A stretch of 59,836 nt of DNA, filler included, from Catajapyx aquilonaris (lineage: Eukaryota), in assembly GCA_000934665.2 (NCBI GenBank). It is 3 parts of 3 records of this genome, joined end to end, with 100 filler letters (N's around TTAATTAATTAA, not from the genome) between each part and the next. Parts side by side here need not be neighbours in the genome. Positions count along the whole stretch, not along the records: positions 1 to 19,882 come from JYFJ02006374.1; 2 more parts are not named here. One strand, given 5' to 3'. The notes beneath the pieces are model-generated. The model was given only the letters and a program-made list of their open reading frames with translations, was not told where the DNA came from and made no database searches. Both the position numbers and the translations under genes were made by a program. This document shows positions 1 through 12,800 of the stretch, in pieces (positions within the stretch are counted from its first letter, which is position 1; every line of letters begins with the position of its first letter).

Positions 1-75
1 ATGGTCACGTGGTATTTGCACGACCCCTAAGTGTCTCTGTGCTGTCACAGACATGCATGACATACTCCTCTAGAG

Positions 76-310
76 CAGTGCTTCCCAAATTGTGGGTCGC
101 GACGCCAATATTTGGGGTCGCGAGGCAGGGTAACAAATTATTTTCACAAAATTATGCTATCTTTCTTGAAAATAATGACCATAAGGTAAGGTCATTTTAC
201 TGTTTACCTGTCTTTTCATGTTGGCGGATCGAAATGTGCACATATAGGGGGTCGCAATTTTTACGAGACGATGTTTTGGGGTCGCCAACTGAAGAAATTG
301 GGAAGCACTG
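76..310. mobile_element. hAT (Charlie-like) MITE
   Basis: TIR CAGTGCTTCCCAA...TTGGGAAGCACTG with a perfect 8-bp TSD CTCTAGAG (68-75, 311-318). Confidence 0.9.
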
Positions 311-336
311 CTCTAGAGGGTGGCTTCATTCCCATT

Positions 337-739
337 CAGGGTGCGGATATTTAATCTACCGTTGCTTTGGGAAACGATCGGGGTGTTCTAGGTTATCACT
401 TTGAGTACATGGAACATGGTTCTCCTACGCATAGTTCCCGATATAATGTGCTTAAAGCACAAGGTATAAAATATCCTGGCAGGTATGTTTCCCTCCACGT
501 GACCTTACCTTTTTCATTTAAATTTACATTCCTGTTAGGTGTAGCAGGGAATGTCCTAGGCGATGGAAGTGTCGTAAAGCAGTATCCGAAACCTATAAGC
601 TGAGATGATGCACTTTTTATTTAATGCTAATTATCTCGGTAACTATGATTCGGAGACCCATGATTCCTATATTTAAAATGATCGTCTGGAAGCCCTCTAC
701 CATCCCCCAAAGCGAAGGTGATCAAATTTCCACACCCTG
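337..739. mobile_element. Tc1/mariner-type MITE
   Basis: Imperfect 20-bp TIRs CAGGGTGCGGATATTTAATC / GATCAAATTTCCACACCCTG, with TA after the right end. Confidence 0.7.
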
Positions 740-881
740 TATAAGGCCTAAAGGAATCATGACTTACCTGCTCCAGACATGGAGATGAACACAACTGTTG
801 GATCAAAGTATAGTGAGCCCTCTATCAGTGTTTTGAAAATCATAAATAAACATTTCAAATTAAAACATGTATCCATTACAG

Positions 882-1198
882 GGTAAACTTGAAGATGGAA
901 CTGAGTTTGATTCCAGTTATGGCCGAGACCAACCACTGAGCTTCACTTTGGGGTCAGGACAAGTCATCAAGGGTTGGGATCAAGGATTAATTGGGTGAGT
1001 CTCTGTGCAGTTTGTGTAACTTGAACAGTTATTCATGTTATGATCACTTTCAGGATGTGTGAAGGAGAAAAAAGGAAGCTAGTCATTCCATCGGAATTAG
1101 GATATGGTGCTTCTGGAGCCCCACCAAAAATCCCTGGAGATGCAACTCTGGTTTTTGAGGTTGAGTTAGTCAAAATTGAGCGTAGGGAAGACCTCTAA
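882..1198 (+). CDS. FKBP2: FK506-binding protein 2 (ER FKBP-type PPIase), last two coding exons; 5' exons lie upstream of the window
   Basis: Exons 882-994 and 1054-1198 joined by a 59-nt GT-AG intron translate [85 protein letters not shown]. This has the classic FKBP VIKGWD motif and a KDEL-like REDL end. AATAAA at 1267-1272. Confidence 0.95.
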
Positions 1199-1639
1199 GT
1201 TGTCATGATGATTGCACAATACAAATGACATGATGAAACATTCCATGGTTTATAAACTGATATGAAAATAAACTTCATTTCCATTGCTTCTGGTGAATCA
1301 CCAGCACACTCTGGTGTTTATTGTTCCTTAGTGTGCAGGCAGTACAAAAAGTTATTAAATTACAATGCCTTTTGCGCCCGGGGGGAAAAAATTATGATTA
1401 TTGGTTTCTCCCCCCCAATCACATCTGTTTAGTAGTGGGAAGAATGACTTAATTTTACTTAGTTATATCTTGAACGGTCCAGAACCACCCCACCCCCCAC
1501 CTATCTACCCCTCCCACTTCCACCTCCCTCTCATGCCTCACGTTTCATTGAACGAGCTCTTAGAGCATTCAGGAAAAACAAAGAAGTATTGAGTATCAGT
1601 TAAAAGAATTCATTCTCCCACCATCCGAAGTCCGCTGAA

Positions 1640-4600
1640 TTACATCTTTTCTGAAACCAAGACGCCCTTGCTGGTGCTGGCTGTTGCTCCTCCTGACTGG
1701 CTGTCTGGTTCACCTCCACTCTTGCTTTCGGATGCAGTAATGGGTGCACTAGAAGGCATGTCGTCTAGTCCTCGCACCCTGATGTTCCACTTCTCCTTAT
1801 AGTCATTGAGCTCTCGACCTTTGCTCTCCAGCTGCTGCTTCATGACTTCAATAGCCCCTGCGAACTGATTCCAATAGTTGAAACAATTAACCTGCCCATA
1901 AAGCCAGCTAATAATTAAAAGACCCAACACAATTACATAATCAGAACATGACAGAGCTGGGACTTAAATTTTCAAAATTTTATTTATGATGTTGCTCTTT
2001 GCGACTTTTAACCCTTTGACAGGTTTCTTTTTTTGTGGAAAAATTCGATGTAGGAGTGATATTAATGAATAACAACTTAATTATGCCAAAATTAATCATT
2101 TTAGTTCGTGGTGGTTTTTTTGAATGTAAAATTCTGGAAAAAATTCATCTACAAGGTGTTCCAAATTTTTTGAGCATCGTCTGGCTCTCAGAACACCGAT
2201 AGGCCTAACAAGTTTACATAGTCATTATACACTGTTATGGTTACATAATATTGCCACTACACTACTATGAGAAACTCCCAAGGGTCCATACTTTGTGGAC
2301 ATCCTGTACTTAGGGCGTTTGTTTACATGAAAGATGGCGCGGCAACAGCATCATCAGCTTGGCTCCCGCCCAGTGGATTGTGGGGATGTCATGGTAGATT
2401 AGTCAGTGCATAGAGAGGAATCGCAATGGTTTTATAATCCATCCCATAGATACAAATGATATATCTATGATCCATCTTTGTAGCAAGCGTTTGAATCCAC
2501 CACAATGTCTGAAACTGTCCAAATTTTGGACGCAGCTGCCACCTCTTATTTCCGCCAGATGGCGATGTCTGCGCATAGCCATTAATGCAGGGTAGGGTAC
2601 AAGAAAGCAACTTTGCTTGCTTTCCCACACTCCATGAATTTCAGAGCGTCTGTGGGAGGCGCAGTGGCACGCAAGTCGGAAGTCATTTCTAACTATGAGG
2701 CCGAACCTCAGAACTCAGAATGTGAGGGGGAGGGGGGTGGCAGGTAAGGAGGAACACACACTGTATTCTGATTAGGGGTCGTGCAAATACCACGTGACCG
2801 TTTTGGGGGGAGGGGGGGTGTCAAAAAGTTGCCTAAAATCGGTCACGTGGTATTTGCACGGCCCCTTATCCGTGCATCGCCAAGAGCAAAAGTTAGAAAT
2901 AAAAGTTCGAACGAATGTCACTATGTCTTGCAAAGAAAGAAATTATGTTATATTATTATTATTATTATTATTATTATTTTAAATTGTACCCCGGTTGCCA
3001 AGACCCACTGACGCAGGCGAAAGGTAACTCCCGAGCGGGGATTAGAACCCGGGACCTTTCCCACAAGCCGAGACTTTACCATCTCGGCCACCACACCTTC
3101 CCCTTGGAACCATGTATAATTTTTCAATTATTTTCTTGGTCCAAGATCAGGGTAACTAGGAGGGGATGTGCAAAGTGCAATGTCGTTGCTTGGTCATTTT
3201 GTGAACTCCCCCTGATGGATTAGTCTAGCGGCCATTTCCACCCGAGACGAAGCCAGAGATGGCCCACCTCTGCACGAGATGAAGGGGGGAAACTGGGACC
3301 TTAGCATCCATGGGCGCATACATTACCGCAGCGCCACTTCGCCTCCCTCAAAGAAAGAAATGATAACATACGGTACTTTATCTAGGAAAGAAACTAAAAA
3401 CTTATGGTACATTTTTCTTACTTTGTTTAAACTTATTTGAAGCAGCATGCACTATGTAGCCTACAGCAGTTCATTAAAAACCTTCAGTCTCCTCAATCTC
3501 TTTTACTAGGGCTACATACTAGTGGTTGTCATAAATGCAGTTCATGTATGGATTTGTAGACAACTGCTTTAGAGACGCATCGCAATCCCTGGCAGTGTCA
3601 CTCTGAAATTTGAATAAGAGTGCACCGTCTTCATCTTGACTTATTCTTTTAATGGCAATTGATGTTCAAGAGATGGGCACGAAATGATGGAAGCTTTGGG
3701 TCCCAGTTATGGTCTACACTGCTTTGAAGGATTCCTTTAACTTATCCCTAGCTGCATCCATATCACACTTTCTGATGAAAATGAAATGTATATTCTCTAT
3801 GTGGCGTGTACAGAATTCATACATATCATTTACTATCATAATTTTATTTGAATATTGTCTTTGTAAGCTAGCTCGTGCTACAAGTAGCTTGACGGTTCCA
3901 CCTATGCCATCACCAGATGACTTTCCATGCCCGGTCGCAAAAAATGCCCTTGAGGCTTCTATGTCAAAATCCTCTTTATGGAAACATAGATTATAGAAAC
4001 CCTTGCAATTTTTGAACTGTTCAGCACATCCATCAGTAAAATACAATACCCTTTTAATATTTGGTAACTTTTGCTTCAAAAAGGTCATACCTTTTGACTG
4101 CACTTAGTACACTAATGGCACATCATGATCCAAGTCATCTGATATAATGCAATTCTGTACAACCCACATAGAGAATATACACTTCATCTTCATCGGAAAG
4201 GGTGATATGGATGCAGTTAGGGATAAGCTAAAGGAACGCTTCAAAGCAGGGAAGACCATATCTGGGACCCAAAGCTTCCATCACTTCATGCCCATCTCTT
4301 GAACATCAATTGCCATTAAAAGAATCAGTCAAGATGAAGATGTTGCACTGAGATTCAAATTTCAGAGTGACACTGCCGGGGATTGCAATGTCTTTCTAAA
4401 GCAGTTGGTCACAAATTCATTCATCAGGTGCATTTATGACAACCGTTAACGAGGTAGACGACCAGAAACATCGGCCGGTGGTTGCGGAAGTTGCAAGATA
4501 TGAGCGGTGATAATCTGTGAAAGAGGTGACCTTGCAAATCCCAACAGTCGCGATTTTCACGCTCATATCCTGCTCCTTCAGCAACCATTGACCAATGTTT

Positions 4601-7600
4601 CTGGTCAAGGTCATATTAACGGTTGCTCTCTCGACATTTCTCCCCCCTACATCTTCTACTTCCTTTGGCTCAAGGAATACACTGATGGCCATTGGCTAGA
4701 CTAGTAACAAACACCCTGTATTCTTTGCGTTATAGGCACCCCTAGGGCTGTGTGGTTAACCGGTTAATTTTTAGGTTACTGCATTAACCAGTTACCCAGT
4801 TAATTTTTTATGAAATAACAGGTTATTGCACTAACCGGTTTGTCTGGTTAATGGGTCTCAGTGATAGGATTTCAGAATTACCGTTTATTACCGTCGAAGG
4901 ATCGGTGTGGTACTATGGTGTGTGCGGACAGTGAGCTAAAATAACCGCTGACCAGTTATAACCGAGGTTATTTCAATAACTGATAACCGGTTTCCTATTC
5001 AATAACCGCACAGCCCTAGGCATCCCCACTACTATTACAGGAAGACAATACAAATTATATGAAGAGTCTACTGAACTGATTGAAAGAAAGTGGTTGTCCT
5101 ACCAGATAAAAATATTTAAAAAACCTTTTTAAGAACACGCTTTATACAGGGTGTTTATAAAAGAATGGTGGGGTTTCGTAAGTGAATAAAACTGCTGTTT
5201 ACAACCTTACATGGGTGTAACCTGCACCATTAGGAAGAGCAAAGTTCCAAGTTTGAGATGAGTTACCAACAGTTCATTTATGGTCACTGCAGGGTCACTG
5301 TGGGGCCAGTTTCCAAAATGGCAACTCTGCAGGAGGAGGGTTTCTGTGTTTTTGAGGAAAGTCAGTGACTAAAGGAAGCAGGGAACTGAACATGACAAAA
5401 ACGACAATCTGGAAGGTGTTGACCATTAACCTTAATACTGATATGAAAAATGTGGCTTCATCAGTGAAAACGAGCCATTCTACGAAACCACTGTCCTCTA
5501 ACATTGACTGCATTTCCATGCAAATGTCACTCAGAAGGGACATTTGCATGGAAATGCAGTCAATGTTAGAGGACAGTGGTTTCGTAGAATGGCTCGTTTT
5601 CACTGATGAAGCCACATTTTTCATATCAGTATTACAGTGGTTTTGAACTTTTCACCTTGTCTGCTGGTGTTAGGGCCTGCACCGACCGCAACTTGTACGA
5701 TTTGACACAAAACCTTCCAGACTGTCGTTTTTGTCATGTTCAGTTCCCTGCTTCCTTGAGTCACTGACTTTCCTCAAAAACACACAACGCCTCCTCCTGA
5801 AAAGTCGCCATTTTGGAAACTGGCCCCACAGTGACCACAAATGAACTGTTGGTAACTCATCTCAAACTTGGACCTTTGCTCTTCCTAATGGTGCAGGTTA
5901 CACCCATGTAATGTTGTAAACAGCTGTTTTATTCACTTACAAAACCCCACCATTCTTTTATAAACACCCTGTATTTCCAAGTGCACTAAAAAGTAGAAAA
6001 TAATTTCTTCCTCAATCTTCAGCTTTCTTTTACCTTGAACTGAACAGTAGATTCATTACTTTCTTTCCATGGAATTCAGCTGCTGCAGTATTAGTGTTGT
6101 CCGATTGATTGCACTGGTGTAGCCAGTGTACACTCGTGCAGGAAAAAGCGTCAGATTCACCGGGAGCAGCGTGTCCGATTCGCCAGTGTAACTGCACCAG
6201 TGCAAGCGGGGGGCTGCACTCGCTGCACCAGTGGAGAAGGTGGGGCAGGCGGTGTAAGGCGCGAAGACGGGCTGGCAAGATGGCGGCGGATGGAGGGTGA
6301 TTTGAACCTGGGACCTTACGCTTGGCTGGCCAGTAGCCCCTGGACTGGCCACTAGACCACCGTGTCCCCTAGCGTGCAAGTATTAATTGCTCGTCGTTAT
6401 AAAGAGCTAAAAAAGGTCAAACCGCCAAGGTGCCCACGATCCCGTGGAAATCCTGCTGTCGGCCATCTTGGGTTGCACTGGAGGTGTCCGATTCGAGGCC
6501 CCAGTGCTGGGTCACACTCGCTGCACTGTGACGTCACCTCCCTACACCGAGTGTAGCCGGTGCAGTGTCAATCGGACAACACTATTGTCTTGCTTTACTT
6601 ATATTCTTATACGGCCTACATGACAAAAAATAAAGCGTGGGCACTTATGACACATTACCTACATCCATGTAATGAAATATAACCATGTACCGTATTAATT
6701 GTAAATTTTAGTGCCCACGCTTTATTTTTTGTCATGTAGGCCGTATAAGAATATAAGTAAAGCAAGACAATACTGCAGCAGCTGAATTCCATGGAAAGAA
6801 AGTAATGAATCTACTGTTCAGTTCAAGGTAAAAAAGCTGAAGATTGAGGAAGAAATTATTTTCTACTTTTTAGTGCACTTGGAAATATAAAGCGTGTTCT
6901 TAAAAAGGTTTTTTAAATATTTTTATACTGACAGAATTATGCAGAATCCTGCAGGCTTCACGGTGAGGGTAAGTACATTTACTTTCCTGCATTTATGTAA
7001 AAAGCTATTTTTAACTATTAAGAGTAAAATACACAAACTTTTTAATACTGATTTGGAAAGTTCACAAACTTAGCTTACCAACGGTACTATTTTTGTCACT
7101 CTATAAACTAAGAAAGTTTAACTATTTGCTTGCAAAGTTTAAAGGTCATGGTATTTTTGGATCTGCAAATTTATTATACACGGTGGTCCAACTTCAAGTG
7201 TCGTTTTATAACGGCGATTAATAGCAGTGATTTTGCGATGACGTAGCAGCGACGTGTAAAATGTCCCACTTCGGCGCCATCGAAAATATTAGCTGCCAAT
7301 AGCAGCACACATGTAATCAACCCTGCTGCTGGGTTGACCTGGAAAAAAGGAGGTGCACACATGACCTGCGATGCGCCTGGGTGAAATGGGTGACGTCCAA
7401 GGCACCAGATGGACCATGGACCTGTAATGCAAGGGGGACGCCTGCAAACGAAACACAGCTAATATTTTCGATGGTGCCGAAGTGGGCCATTTTACACGTG
7501 GCTGCTACGATAATCGTAAAGCGCTTCTATTAATAGCCGTTATAAAACGACACTTGAAGTTGGACCACCCTGTATACTATTGTAAATACTCACTGATCAT

Positions 7601-10156
7601 GAAGAGATCATTAAAACATGATGAATGTTTTGAAATCAGCAGGTTTTAAACCATCAAATTGGAGCCATTTGCAGGTTTGTCGAGCATATAATAAATGCAT
7701 GGTAAAATAAATCGCAAGACAGTGAACCTTTAATAACAATTTAGCGATGGTTTTCTCCAATTTATGACCAATAAATTGAAAATTTCACAACTTTTGATCT
7801 AACCAAGATATTGACCTGAAATTTTGAGGATATCTCTCTTTGAACATGTGCAACAAGTATGCCAAATATCTAAGATGGTCAGGTGACATTCCATGTTTTC
7901 TCTGCATGACCTGACATGTTATGACCCTACTTTCTTTTTCTATCAGAGAGTGCTCAGCACTCACGCAACATATTTTTGTGGATTGCACTGGCATTTTCCC
8001 CTGTGGTGATCCACCGCCTATTGCCCTGGTGTTTCACAACTCGTGTATAATAAATGCATTTCTTTTTTTGTGTGTGTGTGAAACAGGCTTTAAGGCTCAG
8101 GGATGTTTTAGAAGCCAAAATTTTGGGTTAAAAATCCAGGCCCTTTCTAGAGAGGTGGGTCAAGGTTCTAGACATGATTTTACATGGCATCCAAAAGTAC
8201 AGGATCATGGAAAAAGAATGTCCAAATTTAAAAACCCTATAACTTGAACACTTGTAAACATATCTTAATGATTTAAGTTTTGAAATGCTAAGAAATGTCT
8301 AAGTTTAGGTCTCACCATAGTATGTTTTGATATGAAATTAATTTGTCACTTGGCAGATTAAAAAGCCGGTATTCAGTCCCTTGCCAAACCTGCTCAATTG
8401 TGTCTGGAGATACCGTTGCAATCCTATCCTGTAGGTGCTGGAGATGCCTGATCTTTACACCACACACATTGTTCTTGATGATGCACATAAAAAGTCACCT
8501 CACCCGTGAAACAAACGTGCTGCAGAAAAGTATCATTTGTTCAGCCTCCAAGTGTGCGAAGTCTTGAATGAGAAGTTTCCCCATTACTACACCNCCCCCC
8601 CCCCCCCCCGACTTTTTTGTGGAGATACTTGTATGGTGAAAAGATCCAGCATCTCCAGCACACACAGTATAAGATTACACTGGTAACGCCAGACATGCCT
8701 GAATGGGTTACGTATGACACCGATTACCGTATTTAGCTCCAAAAAGCATTAACAGCTGACATGGGCAAACATTAACTGACATCAGAAAATGCACCCCATG
8801 TCAGTATCTTGATGTAATTTTGACACATGGGTGGTAAACAAGATCAAAATAAGTAGCAATAGGTCACTCTTTTCTGGCCCTTGAGAGGAAAATGAAATGC
8901 TGGAAGTAACCTAATGCTTTATGATTACTGAAAAGGAGCTAAAGCCTGTTTCACAAACTCGGTGTTGCGATGGTGTCCAACCAGGTGGACTTTCTGCGTC
9001 CAATTAGCGGGAGGCCCACCCGCCCTCCCACGCTCAGCCATCGCACACAGCATTTGTGAATAGCCCATCGCAAGTTTTCTGCGCTCCACACACCGCACTT
9101 GTGCAACGCAGAGTTTGTGAAACAGGCTTAAGGTGGTTGGGTAGTTATGGCCACATCCTAAGAAGTTCATGAAAGTTGCACGATTTACAGAAAAAAGTGT
9201 GCTCTTTAAAATAAGCCCATAAAAACGGGTACTTACTGTTCAATTTATTGAACCACCGACACCTAAACATAGCTAATTTTATCATTGGCCTTATGGAAAA
9301 ACGGCAAGAAACAGCAAAAAAATGCCAAAAATCTTACTTGAAAATCCTAACATATGTACATAAAACTATCTTTTGAAAGCTTGAACTGTGTAGAGTAAAT
9401 TGGCCGCAGAAAATCGCAATGGTGTGTACGTAAGAAGACCTTGTTCCGAATTTTAAGTTCAACTTGTGGAATGTTTTTTACAGGCTCTGATTTGACTTAA
9501 GATTCACTACCCAACCACCTTAAGTAATGAGAATTTTTATAAGCAGTGTTCCTTGTTGGATCACAAGATAATTATAAGGCTGCTAATTGGGTAAGAAATT
9601 GAAATCTTCCCTGGTACTCCTCTCCATACCTTTTCTTTGCTGACATGCAGGGCCGGAAGGACATCTTTGACAGTCCTCTCCACCAGGACTCCTCCAATAA
9701 GCCGGAAGCACCTGCGGCCAGGGTCCACATCTTTCAGTGTTTCTGCCACAAGGCTAGAAACGAGAAAATTCCATGAACTCCCTATTATGTCATTACAATT
9801 AAAACTTAGTAGCAACTATTAAACCATTGTCACAAGACCATTTCGTCTGCCAGTGCCTCAAAAATAAAATCAAAATAAAATCGGAGCAATATTTGACACA
9901 GAGAGTGGAGCCCAAGAGGAGCCCCTCCCTGACTACGAAAGCGTGCCACTGACGCATGGTTCCTCATCGATACTGACTTGTGCTCATTATGGTCTTGCTC
10001 AAGCTCAGCTAGCTTGGTGGCCAGTTGCCTCTGATCGTTCCTAAGCAGGTTGAACCCATGTACGATCTCTTCCTGCGACTTCTGGCCGACCACTTTCGAA
10101 CCCGACGGTTTCTTCGACGCATCGCTCGTACTCGCTTGCACCTCGGAAGACGCCAT
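1640..10156 (-). CDS. PFDN2: Prefoldin subunit 2, complete 3-exon gene (~175 aa)
   Basis: Exons 10156-9978 (ATG...EEIVHGFNLLRNDQRQLATKLAELEQDHNEH), 9753-9630 (LVAETLKDVDPGRRCFRLIGGVLVERTVKDVLPAL) and 1864-1640 (FAGAIEVMKQQLESKGRELNDYKEKWNIR...GVLVSEKM*). GT-AG sites and phases are consistent. Intron 2 is 1865-9629. Confidence 0.95.
2775..2865. mobile_element. PIF/Harbinger (Tourist-like) MITE; the right end of a second copy lies at 1-27
   Basis: TIR GGGGTCGTGCAAATACCACGTGACCG...CGGTCACGTGGTATTTGCACGGCCCC with TTA TSD. The same terminus followed by TAA opens the window. Confidence 0.8.
2946..3097 (-). mobile_element. tRNA-derived SINE, family A
   Basis: Minus strand shows A-box TGGCCGAGATGG, B-box GGTTCTAATCC and an (AAT)n tail. 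Related copy at ~54290-54553. Confidence 0.65.
3111..3349 (-). mobile_element. SINE family B, degraded copy
   Basis: Reverse-complement similarity to the + strand copy at 38585-38935 (shared CATCTCGTGCAGAG, CTTCGTCTCGGGTGGAA, AGACTAATCCA). Confidence 0.6.
3400..4150 (-). mobile_element. Decayed DNA transposase (Sola-type DDD, tentatively Sola2)
   Basis: ORF 3714-4103 has YFTDGCAEQFKN...FFATGHGKSSGDGIGGTVK and continues through frameshifts (PGTQSFHHF-like). Superfamily name is from memory of the motifs. Confidence 0.6.
4743..5018. mobile_element. hAT MITE
   Basis: TIR TAGGGCTGTG...CACAGCCCTA with 8-bp TSD GGCACCCC/GGCATCCC and internal TAACCG repeats. It interrupts the + strand copy of the transposase tail. 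Confidence 0.85.
5147..5971. mobile_element. Palindromic mariner-derived element (two 5' ends head-to-head)
   Basis: CAGGGTGTTTATAAAAGAATGG TIRs extend ~270 bp, TA TSD. Transposase remnants MATLQE..., SRELNMTKTTIWKVL and WLVFTDEATF. Inner perfect 96-bp inverted repeat 5433-5528/5539-5634. Confidence 0.9.
6093..6583. mobile_element. MITE with 3-bp ATT TSD (PIF/Harbinger-related)
   Basis: TIR AGTGTTGTCCGATTGA...TCAATCGGACAACACT. ATT at 6090-6092 and 6584-6586. The empty site is preserved in the inverted copy near 6770. Confidence 0.85.
7179..7572. mobile_element. Tc1/mariner MITE with long TIRs
   Basis: ~120-bp imperfect TIRs CA(C/G)GGTGGTCCAACTTCAAGTGTCGTTTTATAACGGC, TA flanks. Confidence 0.85.
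8944..9128. mobile_element. Harbinger-like MITE
   Basis: TIR AGCCTGTTTCACAAACTC...GAGTTTGTGAAACAGGCT with TAA TSD. Confidence 0.8.
9132..9519. mobile_element. TTAA-targeting non-autonomous DNA element (Kolobok-like)
   Basis: TIR GGTGGTTGGGTAGT...ACTACCCAACCACC flanked by TTAA (9128-9131, 9520-9523). Confidence 0.8.
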
Positions 10157-12800
10157 CTTTCCCTTTCTTCCGCTTGCTTTTTTTTTTCTTCTTCTTCGTC
10201 CCACCGGGAGAGCGGGAATTGTCATACGGGCGCTAGAGCTCAAAATAGTTCACATAAAGTTGAGTACTTGGACTTCCTACCGCTAGGTGTAACATAATTG
10301 ACAAGCATTTTACATAAATGTATCGGACGGATATTACATATTATACTGTAAATATTATTTTATATATTTCATTATGGATTTATGGCCGATATCTATGACC
10401 TCTATGACATTCCAGGTGCCAGTGCCGCTGGGTACAGCAGCGGGTGGAAGGTACACTATTAGAGGGTCGCATAATCAAGTGTCGCACGATGTCGCATATT
10501 TATTATTTTGGGCACAGTGATTTTGGGTGACATCAGGTGACAGCATGTGTGACACGAATATTGAGAGCAGTCATTCTCGGACCCCCACATCAAAGGCTAT
10601 TATGAACCCATGTATGATATAGTACTGTATCCGGGTATAACACCATGTAATATAATATGATACCGTAATTAAATTGTAATACATATTTATAGAGACATGA
10701 AATATGCACCCCCCCCCCCCCGCCCAATTATCTGCGAGTACCTGACCAGGCTTCAGATTATTATTATTATTATTTTGTATATGTGTGGTCATACGAGGAT
10801 ATTATAAGGACCTCAATATCCGCTGGCAACCCCATATCTGTTTGGGAAACGCCGTGAAGATGATGATGATGAAATATGCAGAAAAGCTGAAAAATTTTGG
10901 ATTTTGAATAATATATTTTAGTTGTTGAGTCATGCAAATGAATGCAAAAGGGAAATCGTACAAGTTCACCCGTATTAACAGATGTTATTCATAATTGCAT
11001 CGAGAATAAAATAATGTCATCAAGGACAAACTACCACCCAGCTTGTGATTGCCAAAAATAAATAAAGAATACCATATTTCGTCATTTCTTCTGTCTGCAT
11101 CTGCAAAGACCGTATATGAAGCTTGGTCCCTTGCTGACTTGATCTTTGGGCAAGGGCGGGCAAAGGTCATGGCGGAAGAAGGAATCCACGACAAACCTTA
11201 ACGTAACTTCATAGAGATTAGAGTGCGGTGGCCGCATAATTGCCAGCGCTGATTCCAGGTATCCGAAAGATCTGGGGTACGTCAATCAAGATGAATCTTG
11301 ACGTCAATGCTGTTGCTATGGGAGCTGATTTGAATTTCGGGAGTTCTGCGCAGCTGCCATCTGACGGCGCATGTAGTAGGCTTCTGAAAGTGAGGTACTG
11401 TACCGTAACGGGTGGCAAATTAAAACTGATGGGATACGATTCTTTGACTGCATACTTTTACGAGGTCAATTTTGATATGCTTTTGATAATTATAGTTTTC
11501 AATTTTCAATTTTTTAAATGCAGTGTTGGAGTTTCGGTGCGGGAATTTTAAGCTGTTAACTTCTCAAGTAAGTTGTGGGCATGGGCGTAAAGAAGAGGTT
11601 ACGATTTCCCTATAACAGTAAGTAAGTTAGAGGCAGACAAAGGCAATGGTGAAATACAGTAGTCTGCAAAAATATTGATTTTTGCCAATACATATATATA
11701 TATATAGCTGGGTTTGTTCTTGATTGCATTTTATTATCGATGCAAATTCTGATCATATATTGGATAACTTCTACAGTTAGGAGCTTTACTATACCCTTTT
11801 ATAGTCATTTGTATGACTTATTAACTAAAATCCAATTAACTGTAAAAAGAAATTTTGCAAGGGATCTGTATTTTTAATTTTTATACCTAAATAAGCAGAA
11901 ATTACAATTTAATTATTACATGCTGAAATAACATTTAATTGGGGTTCATATAATGTTTAGATTTTGACAGTGCGGAATATTCCATCTTCAGCTTCCTCAA
12001 GGGGGTGGTGGGTGGCTTGGAAGAGTCCAGAAGCAATTGGGGCCCAGCAGGTGAGCAATGCACAGGTAGATTGATTGGATCCGTCAGCATCACTAGAGGA
12101 GCACCGACTCATCTTCTGCCCACATTTATTTCGTGGAGTACCAGGGATGTGCCTACTATTTAGTGAGGCAGTTTTAGGGGAGGAAAAAGATTTGCACCCT
12201 CAAATCCTGTAGGTAGGCCAACTTCCTGATGCAACAAGTGGGAAGGAGTGAATGCAGAAACGACATTTTTAATTCCATATGCTTACTATGTAGATGTTTA
12301 TTTAATGATGGTACCGGTATGTGGTATAGGATGTAAGGGGGTAGGATAAAAGCTTCCCAAGACCAAGGAAGTACCAGATGAACCAGCTAGTGTTCAAATA
12401 CATTTGCATAAAATATGGGTATACTTGCTGGACTTCCCCTGATGGATGTAAGATGCCTGAATATTGCCAGGTTCTTTCCACATTTGATATACGCGTAAGA
12501 CTACTATCATGTGTTGTAGTTTAAATATTATAAGCTACATTTTACAATATTTGAGAGACCTGCATAATATGACATCACATAACCAGTGGGCTGTATGCAG
12601 TGGAAGGGAGAAGTTACACTAGTGGAGAATTCACCTATCCCGCTATGTAAGATTATTATTACTATATTATTAAGATTACGGCAATTCCTGATTCCAAATT
12701 TAATCAGTAAGGGCGTTATGCCGTAATGCGTCAGAGTAGGCTCCCAAATGGATTCCTACTCGTGTACCGTTTGAACCTTTTTCTCAGATGATGAGAGTTT

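Noticed and set aside
6092..6584. TAGTG...CACTA ends suggesting a CACTA transposon
   Set aside because: CACTA elements begin with CACTA and end with TAGTG, the reverse of this. The empty site supports AGTG...CACT with an ATT TSD.
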